Source: Tubulanus polymorphus (Eukaryota > Animalia > Nemertea). Taken from it: a stretch of 64,000 nucleotides of DNA. Each line of letters begins with the position of its first letter. Position 1 is the first letter of the stretch. A program made the translations under genes and the position numbers. Under the pieces are notes generated by a model. That model did not search any database and was not told the origin of the DNA. It was given only the letters and a program-made list of their open reading frames with translations. The DNA is taken from assembly GCF_964204645.1 (NCBI RefSeq), contig NC_134033.1:12904655-12968654 (forward strand), given 5' to 3'. This document shows, in pieces, positions 1 through 14,700 of the stretch.

Positions 1-138
1 GGAATGAATTGTGTATCATACCTATTCCAATTTCCGTTTCTCTGGTGAGATGAGTTGAAACTTCGGAACGTTTGAAGCCCTTTAAAAACATCGTGCGGTG
101 GGTGGGTTAACGTTTGAAGGATGACTCTTCTTAATAAA

Positions 139-258
139 CATCGGGGTCCAGTTCCACAGTTCCGAGTTAAGATTTGACTCTGGGTTAAAACATTGAAAAT
201 GAACAAACTTTAATTCAGAGTTAACTCTTACTCACAACTGTGGAACTGGGCCCGGGTG
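139..258. mobile_element. Short palindromic MITE (~120 bp)
   Basis: Left end catcggggtccagttccacagtt versus right end aactgtggaactgggcccgggtg, with an inner gagttaaga/tcttactc pair. Fragments of the same terminus occur near 28700, 29300 and 46404. Confidence 0.75.
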
Positions 259-888
259 CTGGGTTAACTTGGCATTCGAAATGTTGCCGTTGTTATTGTA
301 TCTCAAGTTGATGATGGTTTTGTGTCTTGTATTTTTTTTTTTCATTTTAATTTCCTTTGAAACGGGCGACGTGATCGCAATCACCAAGTCGAAATAGTAT
401 GCGTTACGTGTGAAGAAAGCGGATGCCACAAGAGGTCCGACATCCAGATCAACAGTTTGTTTGTCGGTCAAAAGCATTTCGTAAACGTCTTGACGTCAAA
501 GAACCAAATAAAAGAAAGATAGAAATCTAGTACCGATCTCGTAGTCATATACGCCTTATCGATACGAAAACTAGGAATATCTACTTCGATCTTTGAGAAA
601 CCTGAACGCTTTTGCGCATCAAACGGACTGTGATTGGTCCAAACAATACGATTGGCATTCAATAATGGCGGATCATAAGCGTCAAATCATCATCAGTTAT
701 AATATGCAAAGTTAGTCGTACATAGAATTTCATTCTGCTCATATATTGCACACGGATTTGTCTCATTTTGCACATAATTCCCATTATTTGCAAAATTCCT
801 ACGCAGCTCCCTTAGTCGGCATTTTTGACTAGACGAACTAGATAGAATCCACGAAGGCCGTTTTGTTTATCCACGTAAACGTAAACGA

Positions 889-985
889 ACATGCACATGT
901 ACATATACATGTACATGCAAATGAAGATATACATGTGCATGTACATTTACATGTATGTTTACATATACATATTGTACATATACCG
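889..985. repeat. Degenerate (ACATGT/ACATAT)n low-complexity tract
   Basis: The sequence reads acatgcacatgtacatatacatgtacatgc... Confidence 0.75.
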
Positions 986-3023
986 ACATATGTTCGTATG
1001 ACCTATAAAATTATTAGGCTATAACTATGATGATACATAACTACAGATGTAACGTTGCCAGATATATGACATTTTATGGATTATGAAGAATTATGGCACC
1101 TTTGCGTTGCCGATGCTGTCGTAGTCGACGCGAAGCGGACGTTCTTCATCGCCTAGTTGATTACCGGCTGTGATTTCCCAGAGCGCCGCGTCCTATTAGC
1201 TCATCTCGACTCATCGTCTTGTTAATGAAGAAAAATGAATGGTAATAGACCTGGTGCAGCGACTGTTTCGGTAAGGGACTGATACCGCTAGTGCGACAAC
1301 GGTTCTATTTCGTGCCTAACGCCGGGGCATCGTTAGTGCACTCGCGAACCGAGCCGACTCACTGGCCCCTCGGCGAAAGCGACTAATTCCTATTTATCAG
1401 CAACAGCAGAAGCCTTTAAAACCATATTTCACGAAAATTGAATTAATACTCGACGCTTCGTTCAATTGGGATTGTCCCTAATTGAATGGTTAAACAAAAC
1501 AGCTCCTCGCCAGCGATACGGATCTCGTGGGTTTTAGAAAGCGATTTCGGACTTCGTATCGACGATAAAAATGCCACCAATTCGAGCGAAACAAGGTCAC
1601 CGACTTCTCTGGCGTTATTAAGTTTCTATTCACCCGGTGCAGAAAAGTAAGGCACCGATAATGCCGAAAATTGAAAGGTCCTGTACGCTTTTGTTTCGAT
1701 GCCGATAGTAGCGCGTATGTGAATCTAGTGACGCTAATGGGATGACGCGTGTTGAGTGGAGAAAACTTGTTGAGTCTTGGACGGAATAATGCAAAAGTCT
1801 CGGCCGTTATTGCTCCCGAGCAATGACGTTTAATGAGGTGAAACGACAGTGAGGGGAAGTTTTATGGTGAATTTATCGTCGAAGCGCAGACGACCCGATA
1901 TGACATCGCACGTCTCTTCGTAACCGTAAAAAATGCGGCGCAAAATTTACGGGCATCATTCCTTTCGTATACCGCTGGCGGCGGGCTCCGGCAAGAGCCA
2001 AAGCATCAAAAACCGTAAGCGATATATTAATTTTTAACGGGCCTCACAACAGTAATGAACGCCGATATTACCGCTTGCTTGTTCGGAAATTGCCCAAGCT
2101 TCGTTCGATATTTGCTCAGTGAACTTGACCTTTGATGCCGTATTAACACAATACAATCCAATATGGCGGCTGTCTACGTGTACGTGTAGCGTTTGTAAGA
2201 TAATGAGTTCCCATTCGGCGACGTAGTATAAGACAAGGCTAATAAATATAAAGGCTATTATCCCGCTTATTACATTTGAAATAGGGCTACTGAAATGTTT
2301 TGGACTTCGGTACACTGAGGGACCGTTAGTACAATTCTAGGGGCTTGAGTTTTGCCTTAAATGATAAACAGTTTTTAACATTGATTTTTAGTCCTTTAGG
2401 CAATGGGATTGTGTTGAGTCGTGAACCTGTATAAAAGAATATTCACGAAACCGTTGTCTATATAGAATATAAGTTTGTGTACTCGTTTATACAGCTGTAA
2501 ATTCCATTCCATTCACGCTTTTCCGAGGAAATAGGGAGTTCTTTATAAAGAACTAAGGGTACAGCTGTGTATCAGTGTGTGAGGACAACTTGCGAAGGCG
2601 CATAAAACCATAGCTGCAGTTATTACAGATTTCGAACCCAAACATACTAAATTACTAAGAGAATTTTGTACAAAGTCTTATCAAAAAGTACTTCGAACCC
2701 CTCGAACGCCGGATGTGGGCCCGTCGATTCTGCGCGTTGGTAAATGTGAACATTATGCAGCAACTTGCGATAAACGCCTGAATCCACGGAATTCAATGAT
2801 GCAGAATAGGTAACCTTGCGTGCTCTGAAACCGAAAACCATAATGGAACGGTTTCCAGATAGCAGCACATGCAGATTGAAATACAACAGGCGAATGTACT
2901 AACACGGCTTAAGTATAGCTTCGACGTTCAGATAACACTTAAAATCTTCTTTTTTCATCTTCGCAACATCAGAACTACTGCGGTATCGTATTTTTGACGC
3001 CGTAAAAACCACTAAACAATGAT

Positions 3024-3098
3024 TTTATATACATAGATACCTAGTATGCACTGTTTAAGGGGTTCTGTGTGAGAGAATGTGCCATACGTCATCGATAT
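3024..3098 (+). repeat. Short dispersed repeat; other copies at 56347-56418 (+) and 44484-44516 (-)
   Basis: tttatatacatagata..aaggggttctgtgtgagagaatgtgccatacgtcatcgatat matches tttatatacattgata..aaggggttctgtgtgagtcgatgtgcactacgtcatcaatat. Confidence 0.7.
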
Positions 3099-4125
3099 AT
3101 CGGAGATAGACTGGTTGCCGCTCAATTCAATGCAAATTTCAATTTATTCTAATCCAAAATAACTTTATTAATCCTTAACATTATATCATCTATATTATAT
3201 TATTAGTCAGTGCCAATAATATTGCTAATAAATGCGTTTTTTTTCAAGGCGTCAATAAACTTTCAAGTTAGTTTGCTTGTGTCACGGCTATACGGTGTTG
3301 TTTGTGTTGTTTCAATACGTCGCGAAACGAAGGGAAATCCAAAGCCGTCCGCGTATAATAGCAGCAGCGTCGGCGTTGAGAAAACGTAAATTAAAATCAG
3401 CACCTGCCAGCAGACGCGTAATTAAACATTGTTCAGTCTTTATTACAGCACGCCGCGATAATTGCCCTGTTTGATTCGAGTATAGAGAAATTCACCGGTA
3501 CGATGCTTTGGGGTGTGTTAATTTCGTTTTACGCAGCGCTCGAAACCCCAACTGAACCAAATTAGATTTTCGGCATGCAGAATTCGCCGATGGGCTTCTT
3601 CGTAAAGCGATACGTACACGCGGTTTTCTTAGTCGACGCTTTCAAAGGAATATTATCCACAGAAGAAAAAACAACTTGACGTATGAGGACAACAGTCATC
3701 TTTTGTCGGATGTAAGACTCAATTGGCATCACTAATTTCACTTTCAGTTCTACTGATTTTGCGCAGAAGCTTCGTTGTCACGTGACGCGTGAGCAGCTGT
3801 CGTCATCGGAACAGTTGTTCGTCGCATAAAAACCGGAAGTGCGAATATTCATTCTCATTTCCGGTCGCAGTAAAATTCTAACGTGCAATTCGAGAAGGCC
3901 AATATCCCACAATTTATAAAATAAATATTTATCGCGGGGTCGTGTTTAGATTTGCAGCGGTGAATTCCGTGTTTGTTCTTTGTCAGCGCTGGCGGTTTCG
4001 TTTCAATGTAAAACAGTCGTGATGTGAATGGCGGATTTCCGATGTTTTGAAAATAATTTTTAGAAAATTTGCGGCGATTCGACCGTTTTGACGTCCTGTA
4101 CACTGGCATGAGTAGACCCTTGTGA

Positions 4126-4340
4126 GCGAACTTCGGCAATCGATGTTAGTCGACTATTCGCGAGCTAAGTGAAACCGAATGTCAGTTAGTCGGAACTTAA
4201 GTCCACAAATAGCAAACCACGGTATTGCACACAGTCGCTGTACTACTAGTTCCAAGATGGCCGACGATGTGAAATACACCAAGGTCGAACTTTATTAGCT
4301 TCGACCACTAGCCTACTAACTATACGAAAACTGAAGTGGG
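4126..4340 (+). mobile_element. MITE family A copy (~220-240 bp, TIR gcgaacttcggtNNcgNNgttagtcgacta)
   Basis: Aligns by eye with 20648-21222 (-), 43727-43960 (+) and 55700-55940 (-). The shared core is gaaaccgaatgtc..cggaact..ccaagatggccgac. Confidence 0.8.
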
Positions 4341-6662
4341 GACAAATTTGGCCCGTATCAAGCAGTAGGCACGGACCCGTTCGGCACCGGTGCGAAAAGT
4401 GACCAGGGCCCAGGTCAAAATGTTAGTTTCGCGGATCTAGGCTGTTGTAAGATGGATCCCATCCTCAATTCGGCCTTAGTTAATGCTGGGACTATTGAGA
4501 GTTAAACGTTACTCACAACGTTGTGAGGAACAAATAACTTTAAGTAAGAATATGAACCAACTTGATCGTCTTTAACTATGATGATCATGCGCTATCGTCT
4601 CTAAAACCGAACGAGTCAATATACCGAATGAGACATCAATAGAATTCGAACTGGAACGCGCGCTCTGACGAGCCTTTCACGGTATTATACCGGATGTTCG
4701 GTCATGCTTATCACGTGCCCTCGTATTCACCCGTCGAGTCGAATCAAATCAAGTCGCTATATCGACGTTTCGCACAAACAGGAATCGGTTTTGCATAATT
4801 TGCCGGTATAGTTTAGTCGCCCGGAGATGCGGTCTAAAGTGTATGCTTTTTCGCGGCTAAGTCTGATGAACCCTCGATTGTTTCACAGATTCATCGAACT
4901 GATCCTCAAGGAATATCATGATGTTTTCGTATTCATTCTAGTCATTTCTAGAAACCTCCTCCAAATGACGTTCACCACTCAGTACATTGCAAGTATAATG
5001 AATATGACACCATCTGAATCGCGTAGAGGGTGCAGATGAGTCGCCTTTGACGTTACCACTACCACTGCGCCCCAATCGTTCAAGACCAAATTGAATACCC
5101 TCGGAGGGTCCATTCTTAGACAATTTGGGAGGAACCAAGTTCAGCCTTTAAATGAAGCATTAAAAATGCATTTCACAGTTATGCTAGCCGCCATTTTGTT
5201 AGAGTACATTTTTCCTGTATTATTTGATCAGTTTTTCCTCTTTTCTTAAAACTATTAGTTATGAAAGGAAGAATAGGAGATGAGAATAAAGATTCACGCG
5301 GTTATACCGTTCATATATTAAGTCCAAATCCATTCAAGGACCGGTAAAATACAATAGAACACGCATCACAAGCGAAAAAAATGACCCCCCCCCCCACAAT
5401 GCTGGACAAAAATACGCAATATGGCAGCTAAGTAACTGTAAAATAGAGGTTTATCAAAATCCCGATGAAGATGCATTATGTGGACTCAGTTATCAACTTC
5501 CCATTTGTGATAGATTCTGACTCGATCTACGCGGCAAAAATGTATATTCCGCCAAGTAAATAAACCGTACTCGCCTTTTTAGCGACTGCGTTGCTTAGAA
5601 TAAATAAGCCCTGACGTGGCGTCCGACTTTTTACTGTAAACAACACAGCGATAAGATTACTGAAGCGTCCACTGGAGGTGCCCGTCAACACCCTCGGCTT
5701 ATTGCAGCCGTCTAAATCTGCACCGCCGCCGACGATATCGGATACGCTGTCAACTATTTAAGACAGCTCCACAAAACCTCGGCACGATCCGACTGTCACT
5801 TCGTAACCGCGAACAATAGCGGTATAGAATCGACAAGGAGGTAGCGCATTTCATCCTGTGACAGGTCTTCGCTCCCAGGACGATTTCGTAACAAAAACAC
5901 GAGGCGCCTGTTAATGATTGTGGATGCGGTATTCCGGGGGAAAGTGGATTCTCTCCGCTGACAATCACCCCATAACGGATTTATGCTTCTTTTTCTTCGT
6001 GTCGCCTGCTCTGAATATAAATGGCGGCTTATATTCTGGTTTTATATTTGTATATACGAGAATCTGGACTTGCCTGAAACGAGTCCTGTTGTTGGTGGGT
6101 CCCAAAACTTCGGATGTATGATGGGCTCTCTGTCAGTGCAATATGAAATTAAATCCAATATGAAACCGGAGTAGGGGCTGGAGGGAAGGACATGGGGAAA
6201 CCGGTCGTTATTGATTACCATCAGCATGTGACACGCTCAGCTTCATCGGTAGACACTGACAGAAGAAAAGTAAGTTTATCGTACGTGACCTGAGCGCGTT
6301 TCGATCACCGTCGGGTAATATTTGTTTTGAGCCAGTTCGGTAAATGTTTGATGAATTTTTTTTCGGTTACTGTGATTTGAACGAAAATAATTCGACCATC
6401 GATTTTGCAGTTTTCGTTATTAACTGCGAGTTGTCGGCGATGCAACGGGAATAAGGGAACATCTAACAATTTCAATAGTGTCTGTCTAATTCGTCCATAC
6501 GCTTAAGTTTGATAGAGATTGCGCACGTGATTAGGACAATTTTAAGCGCTCGTTTGGCAAATTTTTATTGAAATTTGGAATTTTTTAGAGGTTATCATCC
6601 AAAGTTTTCCAAAGGGATATATTGAAGGAACGTCCATAGCCTAGGCAACAAACTCGGGTTAC

Positions 6663-6955
6663 TATTGGTATACCACAAATAAAAGGACGCGTGGTACATT
6701 AGGTTAACTTGACGCACGAGCTTTCGCTACTAATGTATAGAAGCTTCATCAGAAGCGTCACTCATTCCTCGGAGTAATCATTTGACAAATGATTACTCCA
6801 AGCTCATTCCTAACCGGATGAAGCTCTATTTATTTGTAGCGAAAACTCGTGCGTCAAATAAATAGTTAACCTATATAGTACTACTCGTCTCGTTATTCAT
6901 TCTAATCCCGGTTTACACCAGGCTACTCTACGAGTCTTCTCATATCGGTATACCA
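6663..6955. mobile_element. Penelope-like remnant with inverted pLTR-like arms carrying hammerhead-like cores, flanked by a 13-bp direct repeat
   Basis: Arms at ~6677-6752 and ~6815-6898 are inverted copies. CTGATGA…GAAA…GTC lies on the minus strand. The flanking repeats are tattggtatacca (6663-6675) and tatcggtatacca (6943-6955). Confidence 0.6.
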
Positions 6956-9900
6956 TGCACGTTAGCTTTAGTAAGCACGGCAGTGACTCGAAGTGCAAGG
7001 ACGAACACACGACAGCACCCTGCAAGCAATCAAAGACGATACACGCACACAGCTAGCAGATGATTAATTTTCGGTCGATAATCGGCAAACGATCGATTCC
7101 CGTTCTATTTATAGAAACTAATTTTATCGCCAGCAATAATTTCGGCTAAGAATAGCACGCATTCAGAGGAAGAGTGCCATCTGTATTCGCCAGTCGATAT
7201 GGCCGGCGATGCGCGATGCGACAACCAGGGTCCAGTATCGATTTCACATCACGACCGTATACTACATATACGAACCATTGAAAGACGAGTGTTATATTGC
7301 AGAAGAGATGCCAAATCACTGCTTACAGAAGAGCAATATTCGTTATTGATATATTATTACCATTAACGCGTCATCGTTATGACTTAGTCGCCGTACGTTA
7401 TCGTCTAACGTCACGGGCAGACGCGGCACAGAACACAACTTCATCATCATCTAGCTACAAGTATTACACTCACTACCTCTCGCGATATCGAGTGCTATTA
7501 TCATTTATAACGTTCAATCATATAGTCTAATTATCGATACATATGAATGTAGATCACTTTACGGCCAGCGCGATATTATTGCTTTGTAAATATGACTATG
7601 TACGGTATACATGACTTTATATAGCTGTACGTAAAGAACTGTGTTAATAAATTCGCCAATTTTTCTAATCATTCATCGAATGGGGCTCAGCGAGAGTCAG
7701 TTATATACGTCTTACGTCAATGCTCCCGATGAAGCAGTCAAAAATCAGCTCCAATACGATGCGAACATCATCACTGGCTAAGAATTCCAACCTCCAATCG
7801 TACAGTCTCTACCTAGTAGAAGTGAAACTCTGATGGTATCTCTACCACATAGTGATACATACATTCTCCTATGCAAGGTTGATTCGGACCTGATGCCATC
7901 GCGATACGAAAAGAAATGGTTTGCCCGATGAAGCCAATCAAAAATAATGTCGTACTTTCCACGGAGAAACTGTATGTAGGCAGACAAGAGTAACGAGAGT
8001 CGTGATTGGTTAACGTGCACTGATGATTTGCATATGTAATTTCGGTTTCGTCATTTTGAAATGATTTGCATTCCACATTGATCGACGTTCATGTTAGATA
8101 GTGAAATATCATTAATAGCGATATACAATATGTCCGCATGTTTTTTGCATATTATAAAAACCTACGTGAAGGTTTAATGTATCGTTCGGTGTGGGATTTG
8201 ACACAATTTGACGGAAAATATTTTTTTAGTTCTGACAGCTAGAAATATCATGTTTCCATGTTATTCAAAACACGACAGCTTAACATTTGGAAAGTAAACC
8301 CAGGCTGTGACACCGGCACTTGTGATGTTGTGAGCTATAAATATGTTTGCCATCTGTTCTCCGGCTATTCTCGGTCAGCCCATCACTACCCCTCAATCCC
8401 ACCGAGGACGACAACGAACCAGGCTGTTCGACTCGTCGTCGTTGTATACGGCATACGATATTGCAACCCGGTGATTTTTCACTCGTATCTTAATAAAAGT
8501 CATCATTTCTCAACGCTCCGGCAAAGCACCTTTGGTCGCCTTCGAGGTGCGCTCGCATAATCCATAGAGGCAAAGCGGCTTTAAATCATTCGCCGTTATT
8601 ATCTCGCCGGCTGGATTCAGCTATTAATGGATTGTACGCTCTTAATGAACGATAGGCTGACTTATCGCGTCGACTAGATGAACAAGGAAGCGCCTAGTTT
8701 TTGCGATTTTGATACTGCGCCGCTCAAAACGAGAAATCCACACGTGTGCGTATTCCCAGGGCGTTCGGTATCTTTTGACACACGGTTTCCGTGTCAAAAG
8801 TCGGAATACTTTCTGGTGTTTACGACGACGAAAACGAAGCACTTAAAAGTTTTATCAACCGGGGACGCTTAACACCTACAAGACTGCTTCTTATGTAGGA
8901 GTGGAGTCCTTAAGAAAATGCGTATTATCTTTATGCAACATCATGATCGAGGAGATGGCGCTCGAAGTTAAAAACTGGTCCATAAAACTGTGCGCCCAGT
9001 TTCACGATGGAAATTAATTACTGAATATGACAAAAACCCTCCTCATTGTAACCGTCGTATAGTCTTTGCCACGACAACGAGTATCATGAAGACGAATAAC
9101 AGATAATTAAGATGGAAATGCAAGCTGTAAGTGTGAGACGAGATCTTAGGAAGAATTGTCACATTTTACTGAACTGTTATCGTTCTACGGCTTCTCGTCT
9201 TTAACCTTTAAAATTTGAATTCATAAATAACAACGTTATGAAAAATTGGCTTCAGATTTTTGTTTGACACTTGTATTCGCTGGATTCTGTTGAGTTTCCA
9301 ACATCGCTGCTATACGATTCATGTCGTATATGTTATCGTCTATTTCCCCCGGAATAACCCGGAAATATTTCGTATCGAGCTGACGCGTGTGGTTACCATT
9401 AACCTCTGCCTCGAATAAAACCGATTGTGTGACTAATGAGTTGATTTCACATCGATAATCAAACAAAGTTCTTGCCTCGCTACGTTAATTGCACATTTGA
9501 CCTCAGCTGAAGGGCCGTTGTAGGATCGAGTAGTCCCTAGTGTTAACACGCCACTGCGCGTTGAGTGTTTGTAATTAAGACTTCAAATATTGGCCCAACG
9601 CGATTCGAATTGCACGAACCCGCCTGATAAATCATATTCCGTAAAAACGTACTGCACCGCCGGATGGGACTTTTCAATTAATCTTTCTCTCGACACAGGG
9701 GAAAATAACTTATGAGTTATTTCTATCTTCGAAGCGCTCGCAGCTTTTCTGATCGCGAATTCCCCAGGAACCCTATTCGTCCGGGTGTAGATTTCCCCTG
9801 GGAACTTTGTTTCCAGGGTGAACACTTAAACAGGACCCAGCTTCCCGTCTATTATACGAGTTAGATTCGATTCCATGGACTACATCTTTGCTTCTAAACT

Positions 9901-11548
9901 CAGAAAGCATGTGTCTGGGCTCTAAGGAGTTCCAACTATTTTTCCGACACCAGAAATTCGACATGAACGATTCTAACTAAGTAGACATCGTGTGCTCGAC
10001 TCCCGTTTCTCTCGAAAGAAGGGTCTTAATTTTTCAATACTTTGTAATGTAAAACCATTGCCAGCAAAGTAACCGACATATCGCATTCTAAACGTCGTAG
10101 TTCGCTTGCTATTTGACCTTTCGTACGACGTTATCTATGAATTGCAGTGGCTGCTTTTGTCGTCGTCACGACAGCCCATGAGCAGCCATCCGTGTAATAG
10201 CCGTAGATCTGTACCCTGCCTCCTTGTGCTCGTGTATACCCAGTGGGCACGCTGCCAACACTTTTTTGTACGAACGATCATGAATACAACGGTTTACATA
10301 GAAGATCCTACCAAAATGAGTAACTAGGGGCGCCGGAACCACCCCACCACACCGGGACAAAATCTATTGATTTTTTGAAAATGATATTTTCGGATCGGCC
10401 TTGAGCCCTAAGTTGGCAGATACGTCTTGTCGTGCGCATGACTTCGTGACACGTGAGAGGATAACGAATCTAGAAGCGGTCAGAATAATGATTAGAATAA
10501 TTCAAAAGAATTATTGCTGGAGGGCCCACTTCGGAAAACTATCTGCGGTCCGTACAAAGCTTGCCATGTTCCGGTGCTCTTTAGAATTATTGCTTAGACG
10601 ATGCACCAAGTGGACCCTCGATTGCCACAGCAAAACGAGACATAAACAAAAACCAAAAATTACTTAATGGTTCGAAAACACGTTATCTAAATTTTATGCG
10701 CTCCCACTGAATGACGTTTTTCGTTTGGAATCGATATAACAAGAAACGACAGCGGTGCTAATGCATCGTAACAAAACCAGCGCTCGAGGTTGCAGTGTCA
10801 CGGTTACGAGCACTGTTGAGTAACATTAGTAGCGCGATATTCGTGCAGCTCGTGGAGTGGCCAATTGCGACCACTTCAATAAGCCGCCAGCTACGAAATT
10901 CGGTTAGGTATTTTACGCGATCACCCGACACGTGAGTCTGGGAAATGCGCAAGTGTTATTTGATTGATTTAATGTGATTTGTCCAAAATACACCCATTTG
11001 CCGCCCACTTCAGCTCATTCGACTGGTTCCTCTTGGCAAATGTCAGTTAATTGCGTTGCTCCATTCATGACACACCGTAAACACCTTATAACATTTCGTC
11101 CCCGGGCTGAAGAGAATTAAATTGTCAACTATGTCGAGTATACTGGAAAGTGTACAGATTGCAAAATTATACCTAATCTTTTTGGTTGCCTGTCAAGTGT
11201 AGTTGAAAGCTACTGGTAATCGCAAGAGACCCCCAGTGTTATACATAAATGATCATTATCATTATTCCGCGCTATGTTCTAACAAAATCCGTCCCGCAAC
11301 AAGCACCGAGTGGGCTATTCGACTGAGGTTTCGTTTTCGATGTAGCAAGCTCTATATCTACTGGCATCTTATTTTCGGGATGGCGTCTTCGTGCCGGTCC
11401 GTACGACATTCAAACTCCAGTTTGTTTTTATTCCAGCGCAGCGTTAGAATAGGATATCCATCATTATGTTCGTCGTCTATCATATTCGCGAGACGCGCCA
11501 TTCATTTTTGTATTGGTCGTCCACGAATGATAATAACTATTCAAATTA

Positions 11549-11794
<246 letters not shown>

Positions 11795-14700
11795 GTATTT
11801 GGTTTCTTTCTTATTCGAGAAGATTCCCAAAACCTGACGAACAAACTCGACCGTCCTTTGGGTCGTGCTGTCATTTTCGGATGGGTTATTTACGACGTGC
11901 TACTGACATTCACGAAGCCGGCAACAACGTCCGCTAATGCGGCCCAGGGGGAATCATCGCGCAACTAGACGCAAACTACTTACTTGACCGTTTGTTATTT
12001 GGCTAATATCACGTTTCCGGGGCGTTGAGGCCGTCGCCTGCGTATATAACGAAGAAACATTAGACGTTCTTTGTTTATCAGAAAACAGATCCGCCTGCCT
12101 TAACTATGTTGTCGTTGAAGACGGATTACTGACGACACCGAACGAGCCAGAAAAATCAAGAAATGATTACACACACGCATCGCAGCAGAACTCCCGCTGA
12201 CATCATTACCATTTTTCGTTCATTTTCTAGTTAATCTCATTAGATATACGGTTACTTCTCGCTGTCACTGCCTCGTAACGTAATCCGTTGATATACGCAA
12301 GCACTAATTTACGTTGATGATGCAGGTACGCCGGTTTTATAGACTGGCTTGAACTGTAAATCCCGTAGGGTTAAATCAACAATTATTGGACGCCTAATGA
12401 TAAAGGTAGAATCATAGCATACCTGCCTAATAGGGTCGTCTCATCATTGGATTTGAGATAGGACCAGACGAAGCTGAATTAAGTGCCCATGACCCCCGTG
12501 ACCAATGAGTTAATGAATCTTTTTGTCCGGTTTGAGGAATGAAGCATTTCATGCTTTATGACACTGTTGCCATTTTTAGATAAACATCCCCCCAAAAAAA
12601 CATCTTGCGATCTCTTATCTTTGATTATTCAGGAGGTTCGGCTCGATCTAGCTGAGATACATCGGTTCATTCGGTGCCTGTTGTTGCGAAAGCATGATCG
12701 GGCCACGCGACGTGCTTGATTAAATTTTCTATTACATCACGATGGCGCCGTTGTAAGACAACTCATTCAATACGCCGTCAGTAGTTTGCCGTCTTGAAAT
12801 CAGTCGTTTTTTTTTGTTTTCGATTGAAGGCCACCACGGGTACGCCGGCTGCTACTGCTGCGATTTAAAACGTCTGTGAGCGGCTTCGAGCTGAACATGT
12901 TTCTGCGCTAAGTACAGACTTGAAAGATTCGAAACATCGACTAATTTCCTCTTCTGACGTATTCAAACGATTTCTCCATCGCGATAAACTCGTATTACGT
13001 CTTGTACAACACGCAGAATTTCAAACGAGCACCTTGTAATATGCAAATTAATTCGTTTACATCATCTCGTTGAGTGGCACTCATTTTGTTCCGTGTTTAC
13101 GGCGAAGGCAACCAGAATTCAAACTCATGAATTATGGATTAACTTTCAATTTTGATATACGCATTACAATATGATTGTTCGCTACAAGTATGGATATGGA
13201 GAAGGTAAATTGAAGCGATGAAAGCCCGACGATGGCTCATTCAGCTACTACCATCTGATACTTAATTCCCCATACTTTATTTACATGCGAACGCAATGCT
13301 TCTCGAAAACATTCTCACCAAGGCCTAAGTAATATCACTTCTTTCCGGAACATTTTCTCTGATTTCATTAAATGAATTTGTTTCATTGTCATCATGCTTG
13401 TTTACATCTGGCCCAAGGATATTGTACACCCGATATCTTAATACATTCTGTACGTTCCATTTTCTATCAACATTAAAACTAACAAATTGATTCGCTTTTT
13501 TTGTACGCGCGATAAACACATCATACTGAAAGCGCGCGTTACGCCCGATCAAGGTCGTTGGGAATGCTTCAACGGTCGATGTATTGGAGAAACATGGTCG
13601 GAGGTTGAGAGCTTTGTCAACCAATTTCATCGGAGCTTATTTGTTTCTCTCCGCGGCATATTTACGAAGGAAACGGAGAGTAGTATTTCTGAAGAGAACG
13701 ATTATGGAACCGGTCTCCGGTGTACAGAAAACAACCGTTAAGGCATTCATTTCTGAAAAAAACATTACATCAGACATTCGATACGTTAGAACCCGAAGCG
13801 CAACTTAAAAATCATTATTTCACGAAGCATCGCAGACAATGTTGTTACGCAACGTTTTCCTTCATAAAAGACAAAATAACAATTCGACACCCGATTTCTT
13901 TTTCCATTCGTGATTTATTCGCTGCCGGTTCATTCTGTCAGCAGAACGAAGGATTACGTTGTATTCCCCCAGTTCGTTCGTGCGCGCACATATTCCCATC
14001 TTGTTACTATACTAATAAACACACAAAGGCTTTTTGTGCACCAAGAGCTCGCAGTTTTCCAGAACGTAAGAACTGTGTGTACACTGTACACTGTAGAGAA
14101 TCAGAAGGTTTGGACTGGATCAAAGGCCTTTTGATGATCGTATTAATGACAGACGCTGACGTACGTTTCGCACGCTTTCCGGTAATCTGACCCTAAAAAT
14201 ACAGAGCGAATAATGTCACGGTCGGGGCACGGCAATGGAGCGTAGGCCTACAATGGAAAAAAAGTACCACGAGAGCTGGAACTCGAAACGCTTCTTGTGC
14301 TAGGTGAAAATATGTACTGTTTTTAATACATTACGTATGCAAATCAGAGTTCGAACGATTTCCCATCGCGACCATACAACGGAGAATGGAAATCTAGAAC
14401 TACCATTCCGCGAACAGTCGTCTGCGGCGGTGTTTGTCGATATCATTATTTCACATCTGTCGTAATCGATCGTAAAATCCGACTAATACTGATTAGACAA
14501 ATCTCGCGATGAACCGACGTTACCTGTCAGGTCCCCGGCTGGCTATAAAAGGCTGATTGTGTAGCGCGGCGATGATTTTCCAGAAGAGCTCGGCTGATAA
14601 AACATATTCAAGGGTACGTGTCAACCGGGGTTGTGTACTAGGAACGTGCTAAGAATCCAAAAGGTAAAGGGGACGACGACCCGGTTCAGACAAGTGAATC

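Noticed and set aside
13325-14190. Cluster of overlapping 74-156 aa ORFs; likewise 54789-55586 and 36196-36639
   Set aside because: No recognisable motifs or exon structure, and the composition looks random.
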